From Lingula anatina (taxonomy: Eukaryota; Animalia; Brachiopoda): 64,000 bases of DNA. Every line of letters starts with the position of its first letter. The first letter of the stretch is position 1. The translations under genes and the position numbers were made by a program. The notes under the pieces are model-generated. The model was not told the origin of the DNA. It saw only the letters and a list, made by a program, of their open reading frames with translations, and ran no database searches. Positions 14,696-25,598 of the stretch are shown in pieces. The stretch spans positions 7,440,001-7,504,000 of the forward strand of contig CM120647.1 of NCBI GenBank assembly GCA_051362555.1, read 5' to 3'.

Positions 14696-15286
14696 TTAGG
14701 GGAAGAGATTAGGAAACAAACACGCCAATGACACAAGCAAATTAAGTACCCAAGGCACTTGAAGGGCGCTTCCCCTGCTACTAACAAACGTGCCGTTTCC
14801 AGATGTAGAAGTAGCCGTCAATTCTGCGTCAGAGACGTTCCCGAATGCGCGATTAGACACGACGCTTGCATCAAACGGTTTGTTGCCAATGGACAGTTGG
14901 CTGCCAATGTCTTCGATGTAAGCCGCGACTCGATCTTCAAACCGTTCAAACCAACGCAGGCCGTCAGGGATGCGGGGAACAGGTTTCGCCAGTTTAAATG
15001 GTACACGAACAAGGGTGTAGTCTCCATGGAACGACGGGTTGCCGCATCCTGTTGGTAGGCCTAAGGCATAACCATACGTCCATTCGTGTAAGGGGTCGAT
15101 GTAAAGCGAGGACTGGGTCGTGAATAATCTGATCGAGATGCAGTCATTGAACAAGACAACCCAGTCTTGCCAGCTTTGTTTTGGGGTAAGTTTCAGGGTC
15201 ATAATGAACTGCATGTTGACGAGGCCGGTCAGGGGTAACAAACATCCCGGGTCATTCTCTTGGCATGAATGCTTTTGACACGATTT
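14696..15286 (-). CDS. Gene 1 exon 3 (C-terminal domain and GPI-like tail)
   Basis: Acceptor tttgtttttag|AAATCGTGT in phase 0; open frame KSCQKHSCQENDPGCLLP...SGNGTFVSSRGSALQVPWVLNLLVSLACLFPNLFP-stop. Confidence 0.87.
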   Translation of the reverse strand, partial: KSCQKHSCQENDPGCLLPLTGLVNMQFIMTLKLTPKQSWQDWVVLFNDCISIRLFTTQSSLYIDPLHEWTYGYALGLPTGCGNPSFHGDYTLVRVPFKLAKPVPRIPDGLRWFERFEDRVAAYIEDIGSQLSIGNKPFDASVVSNRAFGNVSDAELTATSTSGNGTFVSSRGSALQVPWVLNLLVSLACLFPNLFP

Positions 15287-16400
15287 CTAAAAACAAATTA
15301 AAAAAATGTGAATCAAAGAGACAACGTCAGCAGTTTAAAAACAAACAATAAAAATGCATGGGTAGGTCTAACGACACACTATTTTGTATAAATAGTCTTT
15401 CTACAGTAATAATTATTCGCTATTTTGAAGAGACCGTTTAATTTCGCTTATAGGCCTACACCTGTATCTTCCTCGCCTTCTGATTTGTGCTCCTCGTTTT
15501 TTGTTACCCGTTCTACTCTTTTTAAGATTTTTTTACTTAACTGCTGTCCATCAGAAAAGCGAAATCAAATCAATTTTAGGGAGGCAGTAGCTATCTACGC
15601 TGTCAAAAGCATCGCAGGGAAATCGTATGCGATTTCATCGTACCGCTCCCGTGCCAAATGTAATTTAGGTTTCTGTCAGGAAGCGGTAAAATTATTGTTT
15701 TTATTATTATTTTTTTATTGTTGTATTTTGGTCATTCATTACATTAATCTATGAAAATATTTAAAGCATTTATTGTCCAAAAATCGTTGATAAAATTATT
15801 TTGTTTGGTGACTTACTTAACCTAAGCTAAAATCAGGCAGCATAATGCCTGCGACTTACTAAGACCGGGCTCAGACAAACCCATCGTACTAGCTGGATCG
15901 ATCCAAATCTGCTGCAGATTTTCACTAAACTGCATTTATTGTAATCAGCTTAATTATCTGACATGCCTCCGAGCGCCAGGCGCCGCTGCCGAAAGTTAAT
16001 TAGCACCAAGATTTCCAAACACCTTTATTCCCACTGCCTATGTCCTCCCTTAGTCTACCCACCACCAGTCCTGTTTATACCCTTCTCTCCATTAAAATAT
16101 TGCCTATTAATTACAAACTTCAGGTCTTATCAACTCCCACGAGACATCCTAAAGGCAAGCCAGTGGGTCCCTTACAGCACGAAAGGGCCGCCTGACCCAC
16201 TGAAGACATGGGTCTCATCTGCATCCAAAGGACGTTTGCGATCGAACGGCATACATTTAAAGCATAGGCCTACATTGTGCGATAGACCTTTATGTTGGTT
16301 AAAAAAATCTAGGCAGTTTTTGCGGTTTTTTCCTTACATCACAATGGCCACATTCATAATGGATGATCCGAGTACTTACTGATCCGCCGACTAAACACAG

Positions 16401-16582
16401 CCGACCCCACTTTAAAGGCGATGCCGCTGATTCCCGATGGTCACCCAGCCTCCACACGCGCCATTAAACAGATTAAATCTCGGCTCCGAGCTTTAATTGC
16501 TCGGCCCCTGCATCGACTGAGAGTGTGGAGGCGGGGAGACTACCATGGAATTAGCGGCATCGCTTTTGAAGAGGGGTCGGCC
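16401..16582. mobile_element. Small foldback/MITE in intron 2 of gene 1
   Basis: gccgaccccactttaaaggcgatgccgctgattcc ... ggaattagcggcatcgcttttgaagaggggtcggc form an imperfect inverted repeat. Confidence 0.55.
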
Positions 16583-17115
16583 ATATTTAAAACGCGTTTA
16601 ATGACTGTAATTCTGTATTGAAATTTCCATGAAAATTCAATATTTGCTTTGTTAAGGGATAGATTTTATAGATTATATATAGATTATATAGATCTATTAT
16701 ATTTAATAGAAAGTGTTAAGGAATAGATAACAACTTTTCTATGAAATAACAATAAATACAATGTAGACAACACATGAAAATACAGCAAATTCTATTTAAC
16801 CACCAAAACGGTTATCGCAATTATTCTGAAACCTGTGCTTGCCGTCGGACCACTTGGACCTGTATGCATGGTTACCTTTCTTAATAGATAATTTTGTTTC
16901 TAAAAAATCACACTTTAAAGAAAAAAAAATGTAATCGACTAACTTTGAATGCCGAAAGTAATTCATTAAAATTGAAAAGTATGTGAAAATCGCCGTTTAC
17001 TCCAGAAAAATTGGTTTTAAGGCAATTTTTTTCCTTTCTCTGCCAAATAAAGAGTTGTTATCCCTTTTAACAACTTGGGTATATTAAAACATTATTTCAA
17101 ACGTTCCATGCTTAC

Positions 17116-17207
17116 GTCGTGCATATTTTCTTGACATTGCATTTCTTTCTGGAAGTCTATGACAGCGGAGAAACCAAGTGAATCGAATATCTTGAGATCA
17201 CTTGCCT
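17116..17207 (-). CDS. Gene 1 exon 2 (92 nt; EASDLKIFDSLGFSAVIDFQKEMQCQENMHD)
   Basis: Acceptor ttcttctttcag, donor GAC|GTAAGC; 92 nt converts phase 1 to phase 0 as required; same length and open frame in all three copies. Confidence 0.82.
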
Positions 17208-17811
17208 CTGAAAGAAGAACATACTGTTAGTGCTCATTTCCAATGAAACTATCAGTCTACGGAAATCGATGCAACTTCGCAGGGACTCTCACTGAATGCA
17301 ACGAAATTTTAAGATTTACACTCCTCCTGTTGCTTCTGACGTACTAGTATAATCACCAATTTTTCTGTATAATACTCAGGAAGAGGCGTGTGATCTCTAA
17401 ACTGATTGCATTCATCGAGAATCCCTGCGTAGTTGGATCGATCTAGGTAGACTGACACTTTCAATATGAACGAGCCTTCAGATACTCACAAAGACTCAGA
17501 TATGCTTCTTCTACGGATCTCCAAACAACAAAACAATGTTTTATGAAGGCAACGTTTCGTACTTCTTTAATTATAATAAAAACAGAAAAAAAATCATAAA
17601 CGCGAATTTAGTCTCCCTTTCCCTTTAAGTAGACTTAAAATACACAGGTAAAAAATTGTTATTGATTTTACGACTAAATGGATCATTTCATGCAGTTTCA
17701 AGAGCATTTTTATAATTTTAGACACACCAAAATTCTAACATAAAACAAATATTTACCCCAACCCCCACCCCGTTGAAAGTTAAGGCAAATTGTGTATCTT
17801 TAACGACATAC

Positions 17812-19045
17812 CGTGTTCATCGCATTCTTGAATTTCTACCCCTATCGCAATGGACGCTTGACACAGCCAACAGAAAACGTTTCTTCCAAAACCGTATCCC
17901 AAAAGAGTCTGGTAATATGTTATGGACACAGGCTTCGTCTGGCAAAGAGTGACTAGGTCTTGTTCAGCGTAAAAACTACATCGGTTGTCTTCTAGGCCTC
18001 TCACGGGGTCGTGACTCCCCCCTGGACCGATGCAAGGACGCCCTGGATAACGCTCCGGGGGTTCAAATAGCACCATACAATCGGGCAACGAGACTACCTT
18101 TTCCAGAATTCCCGACGAAGTTGTTGCATTCACAAACGTTTCGAATTGGGTTTCCTCGCAGACTATTTTCGGCGTCCATGCTTGGAAATTCACGACGCCA
18201 TGACAGGCGGCACAATAGATATTCTTAAAAGTGATATTGTGCTCTTTTGACGAGACAGGTAGAAGAACATCCATTTTGCTAGAGAGGCCGTTAAACTCAC
18301 ACTTCGCCCTAACCGCTGCGTCGGCCCATTGCTGCGGACATGACTTAACGACCCAGTAGTACTTGCTGTGAACGTCCAAAATGTCTCTAGTGCCCTGTAA
18401 CCAACACTCCGTGTGATTTGGCTCAATCGAAACCACTGTTGGCTTAATGTCTCTGCAGTAACGATCGAGTGGCCAGCAACAATCACCAAAAATGGAACAA
18501 ACGTCGTCACAGTAGCACGTCACCCGTACAACGCCATAGGACACGACACTGTGCGTTGTACTGCCCTGCCTAAGGACGCAAAATGGTCGATTGACGGGGT
18601 AAGTGAACTGCAGCAATTTAGCCAGCGGGCTTACTGTTGTTGATAAATCGACTGGATACAATGGCGATGAAACATCTGAACGATTCTCAACCCCTATCCC
18701 ACTGACAGATTCTGATGATGATGTGCTGTTGTGCAAGGGGATGGTTCCAGGCAAAGTGAAGGTTTCATTTATTCCTCGAAATCCCTTCTTGCTTTCTGCG
18801 TTGTTCCTCCGAAAACGTTTTTTCACGTTTGACTTCTCGCTTTCGTTAGAGATATGTTTCTTTTCAACAGTTTCTGACATACTTTTCTGCAAATCTGTAT
18901 CAGGTAAAAGTTTCTTATCTTCACCCAAAATTGCCAGTGAAATACATTTTGCTCTTTGATTCATCAAGTTAGGTCGGAAAACATACTGGTTCCAGGTAAT
19001 AAAGAAAATAACTAAAGTAACTATTGGGAAGTTCATGTTGAGCAT
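17812..19045 (-). CDS. Cys-rich somatomedin-B-like surface protein, gene 1, exon 1 of 3 (join complement 19045-17812, 17207-17116, 15286-14696; 638 aa, or 635 aa from the conserved ATG at 19036)
   Basis: Long ORF with hydrophobic N-terminus (MNFPIVTLVIFFITW), KKRFRR, CYCDDVCSIFGDCC, YWVVKSCP, LLPVSS...ITFKNIYCAACHG; donor CACG|GTATGT (phase 1) conserved in all three copies. Confidence 0.88.
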
Positions 19046-19098
19046 TTTGTCTGCCTTTCTGACAGATCCCAGAATGAGCTGCGTTTGGCTCTCTCACT

Positions 19099-19102
<4 letters not shown>

Positions 19103-19142
<40 letters not shown>
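19103..19142. repeat. (CA)n(TA)n microsatellite about 60-100 bp upstream of gene 1 start
   Basis: Directly visible. Confidence 0.95.
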
Positions 19143-19143
<1 letters not shown>

Positions 19144-19219
19144 CCATACAGCCATCTCAAGGACATATCTCAGGTACCGCCTTGTAATTCTTTTAGCACA
19201 GTGCGCCCCTGGTCTCTCT

Positions 19220-19252
19220 AACACGTGAAAAAAGTAGCTTCAGTCAATCAGG
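19220..19252 (-). promoter_or_regulatory. Candidate proximal promoter motifs of gene 1 (E-box CACGTG, CCAAT-like GTCAATCA; GCCAATCA in units A and D)
   Basis: Motifs at the equivalent position about 190-220 bp upstream of the ATG; CCAAT-like motif at ~231, 19243, 32963 and 57536. Function not shown. Confidence 0.3.
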
Positions 19253-19636
19253 AGTTTTTTCCAGACAGGGCTTCTAACAGTAAGTAGACGTTGAACCCTA
19301 GATCACAGCATTTAATGCCACAGCATTGCGTTAAATGTTAACAAGACAATGACAGCATTGATTTTTAAATTCATTTCAAATGTGCACGTTTTGATTGGTC
19401 TGTTTATGGAATTACCATTGCCTGCTCTCTGTCTTTTTAATTGTGAAGATGCTTCAATACTGACGAGTATATTTTTCACTAGTCAATCATACAGAGCAAA
19501 ATTTCTGATATCTAGAACACTACCATTCCTATAGGCGTATCAAGGACAGGGCTAATAAACAGATTAGGCCTTTCCTAACTCGAGCTTCAGATTTGTGAGT
19601 ACAAATGCTCAAATTAACAAATCCAGCCACGGTTAA

Positions 19637-19985
19637 AAGGGATAAGAACTTTCGTTTTAGCCCAAAATGAACTTTCCTGGAGTAAACAACAATTTCCCAT
19701 ACTAACCAATGGTTAATGGATCCATTTTTACATCCAAATTAAGTCCCTGTTTTTTTTTCTAAATTTTTTTTTATTTATTTATTTATTTATTTTTTATAAT
19801 CTCTTAAGAGATTATAGCAGAGTACAGCCATCGGTGGAGGTCATGTGGTCTAAAGACAAGCTCAGATATTAGAATAATGGCTATAACTGCTGTTTTTGTG
19901 GTAAAATAGAATATATTACATTTTGTGAGTTGTTTACAATGTTTTTATTGTGACATATAGATTTCATACGAAGAGTTATTAGCAA
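19637..19985. mobile_element. TTAA-site MITE (Kolobok-like), same insertion as 34431-34800
   Basis: Inserted at cagccacg.ttaa; site is empty in unit A (~646-670). Confidence 0.65.
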
Positions 19986-21961
19986 TTTAACTATCCGACG
20001 TAAAAACAGTTGCCATTAGCACGTTTGGTGAGTTCCGTATGAACTAGAGATTGCCGAAAACGTACTGCTGCCATACAAAAAATAACCTATAGTTGGCCTA
20101 TGAACACAGCTACAGACCCGGATGGAAGCTGGCCAAATTGTTTGTGCAATGAAACTAAGATTGTTGCCAGTAGTTCTATACTGGGATGTTTAATTAATGG
20201 TCGGAGTCTTAAATTCATGCATTTATGCTCCCGAATCTAAGGCTCTTGCCAGAAAACGGTGATTATCCTTTATGAGACCTAAAAGCCCACATAACATTCT
20301 AAAGAGCCATGGGGAAGACAAATATATCAACCTTGATCCCACCTTCGATAAGTAAGGTTTAATAATGATAAAATAATAATCCCTCAACGTGCAGTGACAA
20401 AAATGCCAGTTTCACTTATTAAATATTTTTTGAAAAAATTACGAAATAAATGAAAACTTTTCCCTGTTTGTTAGGGCAGCAACAATAGTTATGACTATGA
20501 GCAACAGGCAGTCGGGCGTCTTGGTTTTAAAACACCATTGCTCGAATTTGATCTGTTGACTATAGCCACCATACCAAGCAATTTGCACTTTAAACTTTTA
20601 ATTGATCGTTAGTTCCCACTATCTCTGTTTATAAGCTTAGGTTTTACTTTTTTAACATTAAAAACAGGCCGTGAAAATTCGTCTTAATCTTTCGGACACC
20701 ACATAGTTTTAAACACTGCAACACCGTGTACCTAGATAAATTTTTATCAGGAAAATATTTTTCCCCGCCAAAAATGCCCTTTTTTCTAACCCCGCGAACC
20801 CCCTGGCAACGGGTCTGGTAATGGATACCCGTTATTGAATGTTATATTCTTATCTAAAAAGTTTTGCGGGCCCTTAAGCGGTCCCCGAACCCCACGCCAC
20901 GGGGCGAGGGTCAGCTTCGCATCCTCGGACCCCCCCCCTTTCAAATAGTCCTGGATCCGCCCCTGTCATAGCGTTTGAGGAATTGCTATTGTTGTGCACC
21001 TGATAAGGGTTGCGCCGTTCTATCCTTATACGCGACACTCTCCTTGTCTAATTATTTCATCTAGTTGTGTGAAGTTGGGTATTGGTGATTTGGGATTTTC
21101 AGTGTGGGCAAATTGCATCATGTTGCTTGTCAGCAGTGAAAGGATGGAAAGGGATGCTTTATCAAATAATCTCGAATGATCAAACAATTTCGAATGACAA
21201 ATCGGTGAAGCTAAAGACTATTATTAAGTGGCGCAAGAGATACTTAAGAAATCGTCAACAGCAGCATCGGATTCCTGCATGCAGCGCAAAACTTCATTAT
21301 GCGCAAAGAAAAGATCCATCCACTTGTTATAATTCAACAACACTCCCCTCTGTTTGCTTCAGATTTGTCCGTTTTCCAATTCTAAGACACAATAGAATAC
21401 ATCATAGGCATATCGCGTTTGCAACCGTAGACGCAGAGAGTCATCAATTATCATTTAAATACCACTGATCAAAACTCTGAAAGAAGGAAACGATAAAAAA
21501 GAAGCTGTGGCACACATGGAATATGCGCGTATTTCTATGTTCACTGTCAATGGATGAATCGACAGATGGAATGATGTACTGAAAGGCGACCCACGGGATT
21601 TCAGCATTTTTGGAATGTCCCCATCTGGTGTCCGGCAAGTAAATTGTCTGTGGACCCTTTGCAACTGCGTTCCCCCCATTTAAAAAGAATGCCAGTCATT
21701 CTAACCAGCAGACAAGTGCAGCAAGGTGACGGTTCACAAAATTTGACCTTACTGGGCTAAAATACTTGCCTGAGGACCCTTATAACTTCGTCCAAATGAT
21801 ATGCCCAAAAATCGTATTTCAAGGGATATATGCCTGATTCTCGTTTTTTTTTTTCAGTTTTCAAAGCATATTTTCAGCAGCAAATATGCAAATCATTTAT
21901 ATGATTATTTTCTCCTCATCTACTTATATATTTGCAACATTCATATATAATCATTTTGTTG

Positions 21962-21994
<33 letters not shown>

Positions 21995-23118
21995 TTAATA
22001 ATAATAACCTTTATTTGTTCTAGCCCACTATTACAAAGGCTATGACCAAACAATAACGTAGTACCATATTGAGATAGGTTAATGCTTAATGTGTATGCTG
22101 AAATGTAAATTATGCTATACACCCATTATCAGAGGTGAACATTATACTATTTGATACATTTCTATATTTTCATATACATTACTGACCTTAAAATATCATA
22201 CATATTTCTCTCATTTATTAGGTGGTGATGGCTTGTAGAGAATACCAGATCTTTCTTGGTTACTTATTGTTATGTATCTAGCTAGATTTTGTATTGTGTC
22301 ATGATTTCGGTATTGCATTAACGATTTGAATTGTTCAGTGTGGTTTGTGTTTTGGACTAATTGTTGGTTTAGATTCACTCTTTTTTTTTACATATTGGGG
22401 GCATAGCATCAGGTAGTGTATTTCATTCTCTACTCCTTGTCTGTAAAGTCTACATGGTCTCTTTTAAGCTGGAAGAGAGTTGGGTTTTCGAAGTCTGCCA
22501 CTCTGTATTTCTAGATCATGGGTTCCGGTTCTAAATTTTGCGAGGTTCTGGAGTTCCTTTTTTGTTAGGGGAGCATTTAAATATTTTTACGCTTCATAAG
22601 ATGATTTGTATAGCTTATATATTCTCAGTAGTCCATTTCTCTGTCTAGTTTCTTAAAAAATAGCATTTTGTAGTGGTCGCCGAAAGCTTTGCTCATTTCA
22701 TTTTTATCTTTCTGGAGGCTGCACCTGTTTGGGGAGATTGGTAGACTGTGTCATTTGTTTTTACTTCAAGGGCTTCACTTGATATACCTTTTTCTAAAGT
22801 GGTCTATCTGGTACTTCTGTAAATCGTTTAAGAATGCTGCTGTTTGTTTAAGTTCACTTTGTGTAAGTGGATTTCTGCCAAGTTCTGCTTTGGCTGCTAT
22901 GTTACTGCTGTTTTGTTGAATTTCCAGGAGTGATTTGCAGAATTTGTTGTGGACATGTTCAAAATGGAATGTGTGAATATATTTGATAGAGTTAAGGTTT
23001 TTAGCAATGAGAGTAGGTCCCCAAATTTTGCAGCCGTATAGAAGGATGGGTTTGTTTAATGTGTCGAACAGTTTCTCTTTAAGGTGAATAAGACTTTTTG
23101 CAGTCGAAAATAGTGTTT
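21962..23118 (-). mobile_element. 5'-truncated non-LTR retrotransposon (LINE) with (ATT)n tail
   Basis: Minus-strand relic of the post-RT region (KPILLYGCKIWG, FEHVHNKFCKSLL, AAKAELGRNPL, LRIYKL, NLAKFRTGTHDL), AATAAA followed by (ATT)n; empty site at ~37515-37535. Confidence 0.82.
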
Positions 23119-23759
23119 GTTAAATATGACCCTTCATAAGACATTCAATTAAAAATACAGCCGGCCTTGTTTGCACTGTCCCCCCTTTTTTGCAACCCAA
23201 CTAAAAATTTTAACCTTTTTAAACTTCATGCTCATGCACTGGTGATTTGTGAAATTTGTGCAGCGTTGATCAAGAGATGTTAATGGTTGAGGATTAAAAC
23301 GTTTTTCAGCCTGCTAGTTGTCTCAAGTTTCTATCCTTTGCTCAAAAAAATAAAACATGTGTGTCACCCTTCTAAATAATAACAGTCAACTTTTAGATGT
23401 CGTAAAAAACAGACGGCGGATAAATCACAAACTCTGTCCATATCCGTTAAGGTCTACAAACCAGGGAACAAAATTGAAAAATGTACAACAAAATTAGAAT
23501 CTTTTAAAACATATTTACCGGGGAACAGAGGTGGTGGTCTTGCTTATTATATACTCATAATATATCATAACAATTTATCAACAAACATTCCAGTTTTTGA
23601 TATATTGGATCATATAAGGAAATGATTTATTCCAACTTGTTGACAAATAACTTTAGGCTACTGGCAGGTCCGGGTAGGCCACTACATCCTAGGGAACACA
23701 CCTCCACAGGGCATGCTTTCCCAGGAACGGAGGTCTGTAAGTTTCTCGGGTACATGCAG

Positions 23760-25243
23760 GTATAGATTTTATGACTGGAATATCTGGGGTGTGTGAAACA
23801 TATGTCACAGAGTTTTGGGACAGTGCTGGTGGGGTGGGGTGCGTTTGTCATGTTCTGTCAGTTTTCGAGGAGATTTGCATATTAGTAACTGTGTCTACCG
23901 ATTACTGAGACCATGCTGCGACCTACAGATATGGTAATACGACACTAGATGGTTGCATATGCAGATATGGGCGAGGAACAAATCAAGATAGCCAGACGTT
24001 TGGGTGTGGACAGGAAAACTGTGAATAGAATCTTGAGGAGAAGGGTTGTGACAGGAAATGTGACACCTGTTAAATCTAAAGGTAGACCGCGAAGTGGAAA
24101 CACCAAAAGTAATCGTGTCATCATCAACCTGGCTAGAAGAGAGCGGGCCAAAACTGTCAAAGCCATTGCCTTGGAGCTACAGGCCCAACGTTTGGCTCGA
24201 TTGTCTCGCCGGACGGTAAACCGCAGGCTGTTGGAACACCCCTATCCTTCAAGAAGAATGTCGGTACGGTCCAACATGGAAATCACATGATGTTTGCTGA
24301 TGAGTCCCGTTTTCTGTTGTATCAAACAGATGGAAGAATGAGAGTCCGCATACTCGTTGGAGAATGGCTGTTGACTGCAAATACCCAAGAAACATGTTTG
24401 TGGTGCCATTTGCAGCAACGGCATTTGCCCATTGCTCCTCTGGATGAAAACCTTAACGCTGCCAGATACAGGGACATTCTCTAACAGAACTTGGAGCCAT
24501 TCGCAAGAGGGCTATACAGAGACGATTTTAGATTGCAACATGATAACGCAAGTCCCCATGCAGCCCGCTAAATTAACGACTATATCCGCCAAAACAACAT
24601 TCAGCTGAAGTCACAGACAGCAAGCCCCGCACGAAAATGCAGTAGTATCGAATTAGCAAAGAAGCATTAACGCAGTAGTGGTGTAGGGCATATTTGCAGT
24701 AGAAATACAGTATACCCTACTGCAATTCTACTTCAAAAATTGCATAGGGTTGTACAGAGGAGGAGCATTAATGCAGTAGATTAGCAGCATGATAGAAGCA
24801 TGTTTCAAATATGCTAATTAGCTCCCAATGCGTAGTAGATTTGAGGCATATTTGCAGTATGATTGCAGTAGTCTACTGCGCTGGAGCATCTACTGCGTTT
24901 TCGTGCGGGGCAGCCCAGATGCATACCCGATTCAGCACAAGTGGGACGAACTTGGTTTTGCTAACGCTAGTTCACAGTATGCCACGCCATCTGGCGGCCA
25001 TAATCCAAGCTGGCGGTGGAGTATTCCCGCTACTGAGATTAATAATGAAGTCTGAAAGGTTTTTATTAGAATCTCCCCAAATTTCATATTAATTGTCAAT
25101 CACAATACAAATTTATGTTTAATTTTTCACTTGTACCTTTTGTATAAAAAAATACTCATTTCGGGGGCATGAGGAAAAAAAAAACTTAATAAATAAACAC
25201 TTTTCTTAGATTGGCAATTTTTTGTTTCTCTTTCACTTTGTGT
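23760..25243 (+). mobile_element. Decayed Tc1-family transposon (transposase relic ~23913-25030)
   Basis: HTH-like IARRLGVDRKTVNRIL, GRPR linker, LSRRTVNRRL, FADESRF, LQHDNASPH, SPDAYPIQHKWDEL; frameshifts and stops. Outer boundaries approximate. Confidence 0.85.
24626..24909. mobile_element. 284-bp MITE with CCC...GGG termini and 2-bp TSD (EnSpm/CACTA-like) inside the Tc1 transposase
   Basis: TIR CCCGCACGAAAA[T/C]GCAGTAG; GC duplicated on both sides; removal restores aca gca agc agc cca gat (TASSPD); internal gcagtag repeats; partial second right end at ~25255-25321. Confidence 0.8.
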
Positions 25244-25598
25244 ATCCTCCAGCTTCAAATATTTAGCAATATGATTGCTTTAGTCTACTGCGCTGGAGCA
25301 TTTACTGCGTTTTCGTGCAGGTAATCTCTTATATGATAAAATAACTATCAGTTAATATTTAATATATTTCTAGCCCAGGTTGGCCAGTTTCAGTCTCTTA
25401 GGGAAATGCTCTCAAAGCTCGCAAGTGGACAGAAAAATAAAAAAATTCAGTTTATTTTTTTAGTGTCTTATGCAGTACTAGCCTATTACAGCAACATAGT
25501 AGTGGAAGGGCTTTAAAGCTATCAAATGGAAAAATAAAATTAATATAATCCTATGGAATAGTGCAACATTAAAAAAAGTTTCTTATTCTTTTCTTCAG

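Larger units (their letters stand above)
1..19047. repeat. Segmental duplication unit A (upstream region of a surface-protein gene left of the window + eIF2B-delta pseudogene 1 + surface-protein gene 1)
   Basis: Sequence at position 1 (tgtctgtctttctgaca...) recurs at 19048, 32795 and 57334, followed by the same ordered blocks (aggcttctaacagtaagta, gatgcttcaatactgac, cagtgtgggcaaattgcatc, etc.). Confidence 0.9.

Noticed and set aside
15963-16382. 139-aa plus-strand ORF in intron 2 of gene 1
   Set aside because: Patchwork of repeat fragments, absent from other units, no domain signal.
14759-18959. Plus-strand ORFs overlapping the surface-protein exons (14759-15058, 18413-18643, 18603-18959 and equivalents in other units)
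   Set aside because: Antisense shadows of real coding sequence; starts and stops are not conserved among copies.
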